From: Candidatus Goldiibacteriota bacterium
Lineage (GTDB): Bacteria > Oederibacteriota > JAAXVQ01
DNA: 61,035 nucleotides
Assembly (NCBI GenBank): GCA_020052235.1
Contig: JAGVPM010000123.1
Span: forward strand, 1-61,035
Reading direction: 5' to 3'
Shown: piece by piece, positions 33,243 to 42,068 of the stretch
How the letters are laid out: the number at the start of each line of letters is the position of its first letter
How positions within the stretch are numbered: the stretch's first letter is position 1
The notes under the pieces: generated by a model
What the model was told of the DNA's origin: nothing
The model's input: only the letters and a program-made list of their open reading frames with translations
Database searches by the model: none
Position numbers and translations under genes: made by a program

Positions 33243-35216
33243 TCACCCGGCCGCGGGGGCGTTTTGTAAAATTTTTTCCATTTGCGCCCACATCTCCGCG
33301 GGATTGATTTTTTCATCCAACCGCTGCCGTAAAAATCCGCGGATGGCATCAATGCAGCCGATCGCCCGGTCAATCTTCGGGTTGCTGCCCTTGGCATAGG
33401 CCCCAATGTTGACCAAGTCCTGCGCTTCGGCCATGGTGGCCAGATATTCCCGCAGCTGGCCGCTCAGTTTGATTTGCTCCGGGGTAGACACCTGCCGCAT
33501 CAAGCGGCTGACACTGCCCAGGACATCAATGGCCGGAAAATGATTTTGCGCCGACAGGGCCCGCGAAAGGACCACGTGCCCATCCAAAATGCTTCGTACG
33601 TGGTCGGCCACGGGCTCGTCCAAATCATCGCCTTCCACCAATACCGTGTAAAAACCCGTTATGCTGCCGCGCTCGCCAAATATACCCGAACGCTCCAACA
33701 ACCGGGGCAGGGCGGCAAACGTGGACGGTGGATACCCTTTGGTGGCCGGAGGTTCCCCGGCGGCCAACCCCACTTCGCGGCACGCCATGGCAAACCGGGT
33801 TACGGAATCCATCATGAATAAAACATCCTTGCCTTGGCGCGCGAAATATTCCGCCAAGGATGCGGCGAGTTTGGCCCCGTGAATGCGCAAAATCGGCGAT
33901 TCATCCGAAGTCACGGCCACCACCACCGAACGTTTCAACCCCTCGGGGCCCAAATCATTTTCCACAAATTCCTTAACCTCGCGCCCCCGTTCGCCGATCA
34001 GGGCGATTACATTGATATCAGCCAGCGTGTTGCGCCCCATCATGCCCAGCAAAACACTCTTGCCCACGCCGCTGCCGGCAAAAATGCCCATGCGCACGCC
34101 TTTGCCGCAGGTAATCAATCCGTCAATCGCGCGCACGCCCGTATACAAAGGCTCCTTGATGGCGCGGCGCTCCATGGGGTTGTTCGGCTGGGCGTGTATG
34201 CTTACGCGTTCTTCTCCGCCCAGCACGCCCCGGCCGTCAATGGGCTGCCCCAAGCCGTTGATGACCCGCCCCAGCAGCTGCGGTCCGGCCTTGGTGATAA
34301 ATTGCGTTCCCCGCGCCACCACCAAATGCCCCGGCCCCACGCCATGACATTCCGCCAAGGGCATCAGCAAAACACGGTTTTTTCTGAACCCAATCACTTC
34401 CGCCGGGGTGGAGGACGCCCGGTCCGCGCTCAACACTTCGCAATGTTCTCCGGCCGTGACATTCGGACCGCGGGATTCAATCACCATGCCCACCATGTTG
34501 ACCACATGGCCTTCGCCCCGCACTTCGGTTGTTTCATTGACCACCGTCTCGGCCTTATCCCCGTTCACCTCTTCGGCGCGCAGTTTCAGCTCGCGCTCAA
34601 TTTCTTCCAATTGCGCTTCCACCTGCGCGTTGACAATTCCGAATTTGGTTTCCAGCACACACCCGCCGCGGTCAATGCCCGCGTCGGAGACAAACTTCAA
34701 ATTTTTAGGAGATACTTCCTGCGCCGGCGCCAGCAAGTGATGATCCTCGGGATGCAAGCGGATGGTCAAAATATCGCCCGGCTCGCGGTGTTTCGCCAGC
34801 ACCTTGCGGATGCTCTGGCGGATCAAATCCGCGCGGTCATCGCTTACTTGGCCCAAGATTTTCCGTACAATGGCCAGCGCGAGCACCGCCACCCGGCCTT
34901 CCAAACGTTCCAGGAAACGGGCCAGATCCTGATCAACGCGGGATGCAGCCTGGGTAAGGAATTCCAAGGCCGCCTTAAATTCAACTTCCGCCGCGTGTTT
35001 TCCGGCCAAGCGGCCTTCTTCAAAAACCGCGCTGCGTTCAGCCTCTTTTTGTTGCACCAGTTCCCGGCGGCGGATATCCCCGGATTCAAGACCTGCGCCC
35101 GGCTCGGCCGGCGATATTTTGTCCGCCGGGCAAATTTCCCTCGTATACACGGGCACAAAATAATCTTCCGTGCTCACGCGGGCCGATTTTATCACCTTGA
35201 ACCTAGACCACTTCAT
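33243..35216 (-). CDS. fliH-fliI: Fused FliH-FliI (export ATPase regulator joined to the export ATPase) in one 657-aa ORF
   Basis: Residues 1 to about 212 are FliH-like (MKWSRF..., AVLALAIVRKILG, IRLHPEDHHLL, DRGGCVLETKFGIVNAQVEAQLEEI). From about residue 232 the protein is FliI (GHVVNMVGMVIESRG, GIFAGSGVGKSVLLGMM, VLFMMDSVTRFA). No stop or frame change occurs in between. Confidence 0.8.
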   Translation of the reverse strand: MKWSRFKVIKSARVSTEDYFVPVYTREICPADKISPAEPGAGLESGDIRRRELVQQKEAERSAVFEEGRLAGKHAAEVEFKAALEFLTQAASRVDQDLARFLERLEGRVAVLALAIVRKILGQVSDDRADLIRQSIRKVLAKHREPGDILTIRLHPEDHHLLAPAQEVSPKNLKFVSDAGIDRGGCVLETKFGIVNAQVEAQLEEIERELKLRAEEVNGDKAETVVNETTEVRGEGHVVNMVGMVIESRGPNVTAGEHCEVLSADRASSTPAEVIGFRKNRVLLMPLAECHGVGPGHLVVARGTQFITKAGPQLLGRVINGLGQPIDGRGVLGGEERVSIHAQPNNPMERRAIKEPLYTGVRAIDGLITCGKGVRMGIFAGSGVGKSVLLGMMGRNTLADINVIALIGERGREVKEFVENDLGPEGLKRSVVVAVTSDESPILRIHGAKLAASLAEYFARQGKDVLFMMDSVTRFAMACREVGLAAGEPPATKGYPPSTFAALPRLLERSGIFGERGSITGFYTVLVEGDDLDEPVADHVRSILDGHVVLSRALSAQNHFPAIDVLGSVSRLMRQVSTPEQIKLSGQLREYLATMAEAQDLVNIGAYAKGSNPKIDRAIGCIDAIRGFLRQRLDEKINPAEMWAQMEKILQNAPAAG

Positions 35217-36222
35217 CGGTAATACTCCCTTTGTTCATGACAATCGCGCCTTCTTCATCCAAGCGCCGCATGATTTCGGCTATTTTCATCCGCGCGGCGC
35301 GGATATTTTCGGCTTTCACGTTGTGCATGACTTCAATGTCCTCTTTAAGCATTTCCGCGCCCCGGTGCGACATGTTTTTGAAAACGACTTCTTCCACTTC
35401 TTGGCTCACTTTGATCAAAGCCGTGGCCAGATCCTGGGTTTCAACTTCCTTCAGCACCCGTTGCACTTCCATGGCTTCCAATTTAACGATATCTTCAAAG
35501 CGCACCAGTTTTTGTTTGATTTCCTCGGCCAATTGCACGTTCTTGGCTTCCATTTCCTCCAAGATGCGGTGCACGGCCACTTTGTCCATCTGGTTTAAAA
35601 TGTCGGCGCAATTCTGAATGCCGCCGAGCTTGGCCAATTTCCCGTGGTCGGTTTCCTGTTTCAGCCTCTCCAGAATCCGCCGCTCGATCTCCATGGCCAT
35701 GTCAATATCCGGCTGGGTTTTATCAAGAATCGCCAAGCGCCGCATGACTTCGCCCTGTTTGGCCGTGGACAAATTCATCATGACCTGGCCCGCGGCTTCG
35801 CTGGACAAGTTGGCCAATACCAAGGCGATGGCCTGCGGATGCTCGCTGTGCAGGACCGCGATCAATTTTTCCGGCTCCACTTCTTTCAACTGGCCGAACA
35901 ACACGATTTCCTTGGACCGCTTCAATTCCGCCATGATCCGTTCCGTGCGGTCGGCTCCCATGACCGGGCCCATCACATCCTGCATGAATTTAACGCCGCC
36001 CTGGGCCATGGAATCGTTTTTTTTCATTTCCTGGATGAATTCTTTCAGGATTTTTTCACCTTCGGACTTGCTGATTTCATCGCATTTCAGCATCTCTTTG
36101 CCGATGCGCTCCACGGTCGCCGGATCAAACTGCTTCATGATTTCCTGCGCCGTTTCCCGGCCCAGCATGGTGAGCAGCACGGCTACTTTGTACACGTTGG
36201 TTTTCGGCGTGAGTCCCAGCAT
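35203..36222 (-). CDS. fliG: Flagellar rotor protein FliG
   Basis: 339 aa. The C-terminal torque helix region is VFKNMSHRGAEMLKEDIE. It overlaps the fliH-fliI start by 14 nt. Confidence 0.95.
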   Translation of the reverse strand: MLGLTPKTNVYKVAVLLTMLGRETAQEIMKQFDPATVERIGKEMLKCDEISKSEGEKILKEFIQEMKKNDSMAQGGVKFMQDVMGPVMGADRTERIMAELKRSKEIVLFGQLKEVEPEKLIAVLHSEHPQAIALVLANLSSEAAGQVMMNLSTAKQGEVMRRLAILDKTQPDIDMAMEIERRILERLKQETDHGKLAKLGGIQNCADILNQMDKVAVHRILEEMEAKNVQLAEEIKQKLVRFEDIVKLEAMEVQRVLKEVETQDLATALIKVSQEVEEVVFKNMSHRGAEMLKEDIEVMHNVKAENIRAARMKIAEIMRRLDEEGAIVMNKGSITDEVV

Positions 36223-36240
36223 TGGAATCCGGCGCCTCCT

Positions 36241-37764
36241 TTAGGACAACCAGTGCTTCAGCACTTGCGCCGACGCACCCGAGTTTTGTTTTAAAAGCGC
36301 CACGATCATTTCCGGGCTCATTTCCCCGGAACCTTTGCTCCCGTCCTTGGCGGCACCTCCGCCGCGGGCATCATTCAAGTTTAAACTGCGGAAATTCTTC
36401 AACGCCACCATCAAAAACACGCAGGCCGCAATGATCAAGGCCCCCAACGGAAGCCAGCGCGTGAGGGCTTGCATCCAGAATTGTTCGCGCTGTGATTTCT
36501 CCAATAATTGTTTGTCCTCTTCCAGGCCTTTGCGGTTGAACGGCATGGCCTTGACTTCCAGCTTGTCCCCGCGGTCGGGAAGAATGCCCATGCCCCGGGA
36601 AATCACGGACGAAATGTCCGTAAGCTGCTCGGGGGTAAATTTCCCGTCCACAAAAATGCCCACGGACAACTGCTTGATGGTGCCGGATGCCGTATTGATC
36701 CGTTCCACGGTCCTGTTCATTTCATAGTTGATGACCTTTTCATTTTTCTTGGTGGCCTTGTCCCCTCCGGCACCGCCTGACGCGGGCGGATATCCCTGCA
36801 AATTGCTCGCCGTGCCCGCGCTTCCCCCCGCGGTTCCGTTGGCGGCGTCTTGGGCGGACTCAAACATATTTTGCTTTTCACTGCGCACCAAACCCTGCCG
36901 CCCGACAATCGGGGTATAGCTCTCGCGTTCGGTCAAGGTTTGATTGAAATTGATTTCCGCGGTTACGCGCACCACCGCTTTGCCGGGACCCAAAATTTCC
37001 GCCAGCATCGACTCGGCCTGGCTTTTGAAATTTTCCTCGACTTTCTTTTTATACGTTATCTGCCGGTCGCTCAATCCGCCCAGGCTTTCCGATTCTCCCG
37101 CGGCGCTCAGCACATGCCCTTGCGTATCCACCACCGTGACGCGTTCGGCGGTCAGCCCGCGCACGGCGCTGGACATCAAATGGCGGATGCTGTCCACCTG
37201 CCGGGGCAGCAGCGTTCCCCCGTTGTGCATTTTAATCAGCACCGAAGCCGTCGGCGACACCTGATCCTCAAACCACAAATCCTCCGGCGGGATCACCAGA
37301 TGAACCCGTGATTTTTCCACGGCATCCATGGAATCGATGGTCCGCTCCAATTCGCTTTGCAAAGCGCGCAGGTAATTGATGCGCTGCACTTCGTCCGTGG
37401 TTCCGAACGACATTTTGTCGAATATTTCAAATCCCACGCTTTCCCCCCGCGGCAGGCCCTTGCCCGCCAATTGCACGCGCAAGTCGTACACCCGCTTGGA
37501 AGGAACCTCAAGCTGCGTCCCGCCTCCGCCCAAACGGTACGGCACTTTTTGCTCCCGCAGGTATTCCACAATGGCATTGGCATCCTTGGGATCAAGGTTG
37601 CTGTACAGCAAGGTGTAATCCGGACGGCTCACCACATACATAACACCGAACAGCCCCAGCACCACCACGGCCGCGGTTAAAATAATAACGCTCCGCTGAT
37701 TGGCGGCTTGGGCGGCCCACCACTTTTTAATCTGATTGAGCAATTCTTCCAGCTGTTTGGGCAT
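36241..37764 (-). CDS. fliF: Flagellar MS-ring protein FliF
   Basis: N-terminal TM helix, YscJ/FliF domain (LYSNLDPKDANAIVEYLREQKVPYRL), and a second TM helix near the C-terminus. Confidence 0.95.
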   Translation of the reverse strand: MPKQLEELLNQIKKWWAAQAANQRSVIILTAAVVVLGLFGVMYVVSRPDYTLLYSNLDPKDANAIVEYLREQKVPYRLGGGGTQLEVPSKRVYDLRVQLAGKGLPRGESVGFEIFDKMSFGTTDEVQRINYLRALQSELERTIDSMDAVEKSRVHLVIPPEDLWFEDQVSPTASVLIKMHNGGTLLPRQVDSIRHLMSSAVRGLTAERVTVVDTQGHVLSAAGESESLGGLSDRQITYKKKVEENFKSQAESMLAEILGPGKAVVRVTAEINFNQTLTERESYTPIVGRQGLVRSEKQNMFESAQDAANGTAGGSAGTASNLQGYPPASGGAGGDKATKKNEKVINYEMNRTVERINTASGTIKQLSVGIFVDGKFTPEQLTDISSVISRGMGILPDRGDKLEVKAMPFNRKGLEEDKQLLEKSQREQFWMQALTRWLPLGALIIAACVFLMVALKNFRSLNLNDARGGGAAKDGSKGSGEMSPEMIVALLKQNSGASAQVLKHWLS

Positions 37765-37797
37765 ACGCTGTCCTACCTCCTGTTGCCGTATGATTCG

Positions 37798-38109
37798 TTA
37801 GACCTGCATGTGCATGATTTCGTTGTAGGCATCCATGACCTTATTCCGGACCTGCACCCCGAACTCCACGGATAAATTTGCTTTTTCAATGTCCATCATC
37901 AGGGTATGAATATTCGGCCCCTGGCCGCTAAGAAACGACTGAATTTGTTCCCCGGCCTGAACTTGCGCGGTGTTCAGGGCTTGCACCGATTGGGTCAGCA
38001 GTTCTCCAAAAGGAACGCCCGCGGCCGGCGCCATCTTGGCCGAGGGAACCGGGGCTTCCAATTTTTGCATGTCCAACGCGCGTACGGCGGATGCGAATTC
38101 AATGTTCAT
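37798..38109 (-). CDS. fliE: Flagellar basal-body protein FliE
   Basis: 103 aa with C-terminal HTLMMDIEKANLSVEFGVQVRNKVMDAYNEIMHMQV. Confidence 0.9.
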   Translation of the reverse strand: MNIEFASAVRALDMQKLEAPVPSAKMAPAAGVPFGELLTQSVQALNTAQVQAGEQIQSFLSGQGPNIHTLMMDIEKANLSVEFGVQVRNKVMDAYNEIMHMQV

Positions 38110-38120
38110 CGTCTGACCTC

Positions 38121-38522
38121 CTAAATATCAATCGCCCGGCGGATCATTTCCTTGGTGCTTTGCAGGGCCGTGATATTGGCTTGATAGGCCCGCGTGGCTC
38201 CCAGCAGATCAACCATTTCCAGCATGACATCCACATTTGGTTTGGCCACGTACCCCTTGGCATCGGCATCCGGGTGGGAAGGATCGTATACCTGCCGCAA
38301 GGGCGACGGGTCCGTCACCACGCCTGCCACGGCGACCGTCGGCAACTCGCCGTCTTCCGGCTCATTATTGCTGACCAGCTCCACCAATTGGCGGCGAAAC
38401 ACCCCGCCATCCGTGGTTTTGGTGGTGTTGACATTGGCAATATTCCGGGCAATCACTTCCAGCCGCGTGCGTTCGGCATTCAACCCGCTGGCACTGATCT
38501 GCATTTCAGGAAAAAAATTCAT
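38121..38522 (-). CDS. flgC: Proximal rod protein FlgC
   Basis: ISASGLNAERTRLEVIARNIANVNTT and C-terminal ATRAYQANITALQSTKEMIRRAIDI. Confidence 0.95.
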   Translation of the reverse strand: MNFFPEMQISASGLNAERTRLEVIARNIANVNTTKTTDGGVFRRQLVELVSNNEPEDGELPTVAVAGVVTDPSPLRQVYDPSHPDADAKGYVAKPNVDVMLEMVDLLGATRAYQANITALQSTKEMIRRAIDI

Positions 38523-38524
38523 GC

Positions 38525-38941
38525 TTATCCCCTCCCGCCGGAAATTACATAACGCATAATCCGCAAATTTTTAATCGCAACCTGGCTCAGGGTTGAATAC
38601 ACTTCATTGGTTTGGGCCAAATCCACCATTTCCCGCTCCAAATTCACATTATTACCGTCTGCCCGGGCCGGAGAATCCGTATCCACGGTGGGCGTTATCC
38701 CATTTGGGGCAGACGCGCCTTCGGCCAGGCCGTTGGGAACCGCGCGCAGGGTTACTTGGTTGGCGTCCTCGGACGCCGTGAGCAGGCGCGACATTTCTTC
38801 CTTAAAATCCAGCTGCAATTTGTGAAACGCGGGCGTATTCACATTGGCGATGTTGCTGGAAATAATCCGGTGCTGCACATCCAAAACATCCATGGCCTTT
38901 TGCATTTGGTAAAACCAATTTTCCACCGGTGCCGTATTCAT
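38525..38941 (-). CDS. flgB: Proximal rod protein FlgB
   Basis: HRIISSNIANVNTPAF and C-terminal EREMVDLAQTNEVYSTLSQV. Confidence 0.95.
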   Translation of the reverse strand: MNTAPVENWFYQMQKAMDVLDVQHRIISSNIANVNTPAFHKLQLDFKEEMSRLLTASEDANQVTLRAVPNGLAEGASAPNGITPTVDTDSPARADGNNVNLEREMVDLAQTNEVYSTLSQVAIKNLRIMRYVISGGRG

Positions 38942-38951
38942 GCTTTCCCTC

Positions 38952-39401
38952 CTAGCCGATCATATCCATTCTTACTACCGGCGCCTGGGTTTCGCGCAGC
39001 GCTTTCATAACCGCCATTTCCTGGTGTACCCCTTGCAGTACTTTGGCCAGTTCTTCGGCCCGCAAACTCAGGCACCCTGCATTTTTTTGATGCCAATCCA
39101 AGGTTAGGATGGTTAATTCACGCAACATTTCCAACTCCGTTGCAATCACCGGACGCTCGGCGGCGGGAAGCGTTTCCAGCCACGCTTGGCGGTCATGCGC
39201 GGGTATTTCGCTGTTTTGAACCAATTGTTCCAATTGATCTAAAATAACTTCCTTTTGCCGGACGAGATCCACCAGGGAGTCTATTTGATCAGGGTCAATC
39301 TCCGCCGGCCAATACCTTTCCAAATCGAGCAAATTCAGCATTTTTTCCCTTTGCTGGCGTAAATCGGATTTGATCTTTGGAATTGCATTCATGGATTTCA
39401 T
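38952..39401 (-). CDS. Hypothetical helical protein, first gene of the flgB operon (possibly chaperone-like)
   Basis: 150 aa from the ATG at 39401 (GGGGGAATAAG upstream). The track TTG start at 39443 lies inside the -12 promoter element. No recognisable motif; predicted to be all-helical. Confidence 0.55.
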   Translation of the reverse strand: MKSMNAIPKIKSDLRQQREKMLNLLDLERYWPAEIDPDQIDSLVDLVRQKEVILDQLEQLVQNSEIPAHDRQAWLETLPAAERPVIATELEMLRELTILTLDWHQKNAGCLSLRAEELAKVLQGVHQEMAVMKALRETQAPVVRMDMIG

Positions 39402-39437
39402 CTTATTCCCCCGATTCCTTGAGTTCGGGATTGTTTT

Positions 39438-39455
39438 ATGCAACTACTGTGCCAA
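39438..39455 (-). promoter_or_regulatory. Sigma54 (-24/-12) promoter of the flgB-motB operon
   Basis: The minus strand reads TTGGCAC-AGTAG-TTGCAT, a near-perfect match to TGGCAC-N5-TTGCW, about 35 nt upstream of the ATG at 39401. Confidence 0.75.
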
Positions 39456-39589
39456 GTCCAAAATTTCCAGCCGTAATTCCGTTTGCTTGAAATTAAAAAT
39501 TGAATCGCGTTAGTTTTTAATGTTTTTTCAGGTTGATTTTAATGCAGGCGAAAGCTGTGATTGAAAACCGCGGATTGGAAAATGCGAAG

Positions 39590-39636
39590 TGAGGATTACA
39601 TTCCATATGTTTTCAAGGGGAACTATGGAATCCATT
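39590..39636. promoter_or_regulatory. Putative enhancer (UAS): TTCCATAT-N14-CTATGGAATCCATT
   Basis: An inverted repeat 150-190 bp upstream of the -24/-12 element. The flanking block GTGAGGATTACA parallels GTGAGGAATTCG at 27539-27550. Confidence 0.5.
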
Positions 39637-39647
39637 CCCCTAAAAAA

Positions 39648-41075
39648 TCAATTGGGAAACGTCTCGATGATTTTTTTCTTGCCCAGGGTCGCCTTGGGTA
39701 AAACGAGGGTAAACAACGAACCTTCCCCAACGCGGCTTTTCACATGAATGCTGCCGCCGTTGAGCTCGACGCTCTTTTTAACCAAATATAGGCCGAACCC
39801 CATGCCCCGCACTTGCCGCGTGGTGCTGTCGCCGACCCGGTAAAATTTCTCAAATATCTTTTCCTGCTCGGTTTCGGGAATTCCTATGCCCGAGTCTTGA
39901 ATCTGCCACAGCACGCTCGCTTCCTGATTCTGGCCGGTGATGACAATGCGCCCGCCCTGGGGAGAATACTTAATCGCATTTTCAATCAAATTGCGTATAA
40001 CCTTGTACACACTGTCGCGATCCGCATACGCCGGCCAGCCTTGTTCGTGAAAATGCAAATGAAAGCTGATTTTTTCCGGGTCATATATGGCATCATGAAT
40101 AATTTCTTTGGTTATTTCCTCCAGGGAAATCGGTTCGGGATTTATAACCAAGCGCCCGTCTTCAAGCTGCGCTGTCTCAACCAGTTGATTAAGAATGGTG
40201 TCAATGCGTTGCGCCTGGCGGGCTACGCTGTCCAGCATTTTTTCCATTTCCTCGCGCTCAATCCGCGCATTCCGGCGCAACATAATGGCATTGGCATTGA
40301 TGATGGTCAGCGGCGTCTTGATTTCATGCGTGGTGATGTTGACAATATCCCGTTTCAACGCATCCAATTGCATATAGGTTTGGACGGTTTTGCGTTCCTT
40401 CTCATAGATGCGTTCGTTGACCAAATTCAGGGCCGCATGCTTCAGCAGCACATCCAGAATGCTGAACGTTTGCTGGGTGAACTCCCCCTCCGGACGATTG
40501 AACACCAGTTCCAGCCTGCCGATCCTTTCCGCGGAAGTTGCCAGGGGCATAATCATGAACGACCAGCGTTCCTCGGTTTTGGAGGCGCGGGGTTTGTAGG
40601 CCACGGGCATGACAATCGCGTGCCCTTGCTTAAACACCCAGCCGTAAATGGTTTCGTTCACGCGCAGGCGTTGCCGGAATTCTTCCACCAATTCCGCGCT
40701 GTAGGAACGCTTCAGCGTTTGCCCGGAAAAATCCTTGGGATCGGGCCGCTCCTCTAAAAATATGGCCGCCGCTTCGTATTTGAACAACTCCCGCATTACA
40801 TCCAACAACAGCTCTAAAATCCTTTCCATGGCGTGGCATTCGCTCACGCTTTCGATAAAGCGGAAAACCACCGTCATTTCATCAATAAACGCGCGCAAAC
40901 CACGGACGATTTTGTCTTGAATTTGAATATAATTGCGGAGTTCTTCCCCTTGCGCCAAACTTTTATCCGCAGCCCAAAATGCCGGACGCGCTGCCCGGAT
41001 GCGGCGCGGCTTTTTTATTGCCAAGCGTTTCGGTTTGGCTTTGGTTTTAATTTTTCGCCTTTGGGGAGGAATCAT
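39648..41075 (-). CDS. Soluble GAF-domain sensor histidine kinase
   Basis: Basic N-terminus, GAF-like region, H-box ITTHEIKTPLTIINANA, N box NLIENAIKYSP, and G boxes DSGIGIP / GMGFGL. Start set to the ATG at 41075, 2 nt after the HDOD stop. Confidence 0.85.
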   Translation of the reverse strand: MIPPQRRKIKTKAKPKRLAIKKPRRIRAARPAFWAADKSLAQGEELRNYIQIQDKIVRGLRAFIDEMTVVFRFIESVSECHAMERILELLLDVMRELFKYEAAAIFLEERPDPKDFSGQTLKRSYSAELVEEFRQRLRVNETIYGWVFKQGHAIVMPVAYKPRASKTEERWSFMIMPLATSAERIGRLELVFNRPEGEFTQQTFSILDVLLKHAALNLVNERIYEKERKTVQTYMQLDALKRDIVNITTHEIKTPLTIINANAIMLRRNARIEREEMEKMLDSVARQAQRIDTILNQLVETAQLEDGRLVINPEPISLEEITKEIIHDAIYDPEKISFHLHFHEQGWPAYADRDSVYKVIRNLIENAIKYSPQGGRIVITGQNQEASVLWQIQDSGIGIPETEQEKIFEKFYRVGDSTTRQVRGMGFGLYLVKKSVELNGGSIHVKSRVGEGSLFTLVLPKATLGKKKIIETFPN

Positions 41076-41076
41076 C

Positions 41077-42000
41077 TTAATCCACCGCCATGAACGTCTC
41101 AATTTGACTCAATTCCTTTGCCACCAATGCCTCAATTTCCCGGATCTGCGGTTCTGAAAGGTTTAAATATTCCAGCCAGGGTTCCGCCCGGTTCCAATCG
41201 GCCGCCATCGCCTCCGGTTTTCTTATCTTCCGGGCCAGCAAATCCCCCACATGTAAAATGGCCGTTAACTCTTTGTCGGTTTTGGCTTTTTTAGGGCAAT
41301 GGTGGCAGGCGATCGGCTCCACGATTTCCTTGGGCAAATTCCAGCGGTCCACGATCCAGGCGCCGACTTGCCCATGATCCGCTCCGATTATCTCCTCTTC
41401 CCATTTGGCCAACGCCTGATTGTCTTGAACGGCATGCAGCATAACCTCCCGGTATTCATCGGGCATGTAATGGCAGAAAAAACTTTTGCCAATATCGTGC
41501 ATGAGGCCCGCCAGGTACCCCAAGTGCTCCCAGGCTTCCTGATGCCGTTGTAAAATGATTTCCCGGGTGGCAATGGCCGTGGCCACCGAATGCCGCCACT
41601 CCTCCTGCCGGTCAACAGCCACAAAATTGCGTTTACCGGATTTTTTAAAATGCGCCGGCAATGTCATTTCATTAAATTGATACATTAACGTGGTAAGCAT
41701 TAGATTGCGGACAATAGAAAACCCCAGCAATACAATGCTTTCCGTCACCGTGGTGATGGAACGCGGAAACCCGTAATAGGCGGAATTGGCCATTTTCAAA
41801 ATCCTAAAGGTCATGGCCGGGTCCGCGGAGATTATATCGGTGATGTCCGCTGCCGAAGAATATGGATTATTCAACTCCTGGATCACACGCGCCACGATGG
41901 CAGGCAGGGTTGGAAATTCACTGATGCTTTGCGCTAATTTTTTAACCTGATTGGCTTTCACTCCCGCCCTTTCCCGTGCACGCTTTGAAACCAAATACAA
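41077..42000 (-). CDS. HDOD-domain signalling protein
   Basis: LPAIVARVIQELNNP, ILKMANSAYYGFPRSITTVTESIVLLGF, WRHSVATA, LMHDIGK and DHGQVGAWIVDRWNLP. Confidence 0.85.
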   Translation of the reverse strand: MYLVSKRARERAGVKANQVKKLAQSISEFPTLPAIVARVIQELNNPYSSAADITDIISADPAMTFRILKMANSAYYGFPRSITTVTESIVLLGFSIVRNLMLTTLMYQFNEMTLPAHFKKSGKRNFVAVDRQEEWRHSVATAIATREIILQRHQEAWEHLGYLAGLMHDIGKSFFCHYMPDEYREVMLHAVQDNQALAKWEEEIIGADHGQVGAWIVDRWNLPKEIVEPIACHHCPKKAKTDKELTAILHVGDLLARKIRKPEAMAADWNRAEPWLEYLNLSEPQIREIEALVAKELSQIETFMAVD

Positions 42001-42068
42001 ACCGGGCTTCTCTTTATCAGTTTCGTCGGATTGGAATAAAAATTAAATTAAAAAATCCGGGCAATTAT

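Noticed and set aside
33834-35222. 462-aa plus-strand ORF (and similar long ORFs at 39813-40757, 46094-46951, 47336-48091, 35644-36294 and 49977-50771)
   Set aside because: All are antisense to strongly supported genes (fliH-fliI, histidine kinase, flagellins, fliG, flgK). Their translations are low-complexity and Arg/His/Gly-rich, typical of shadow ORFs.
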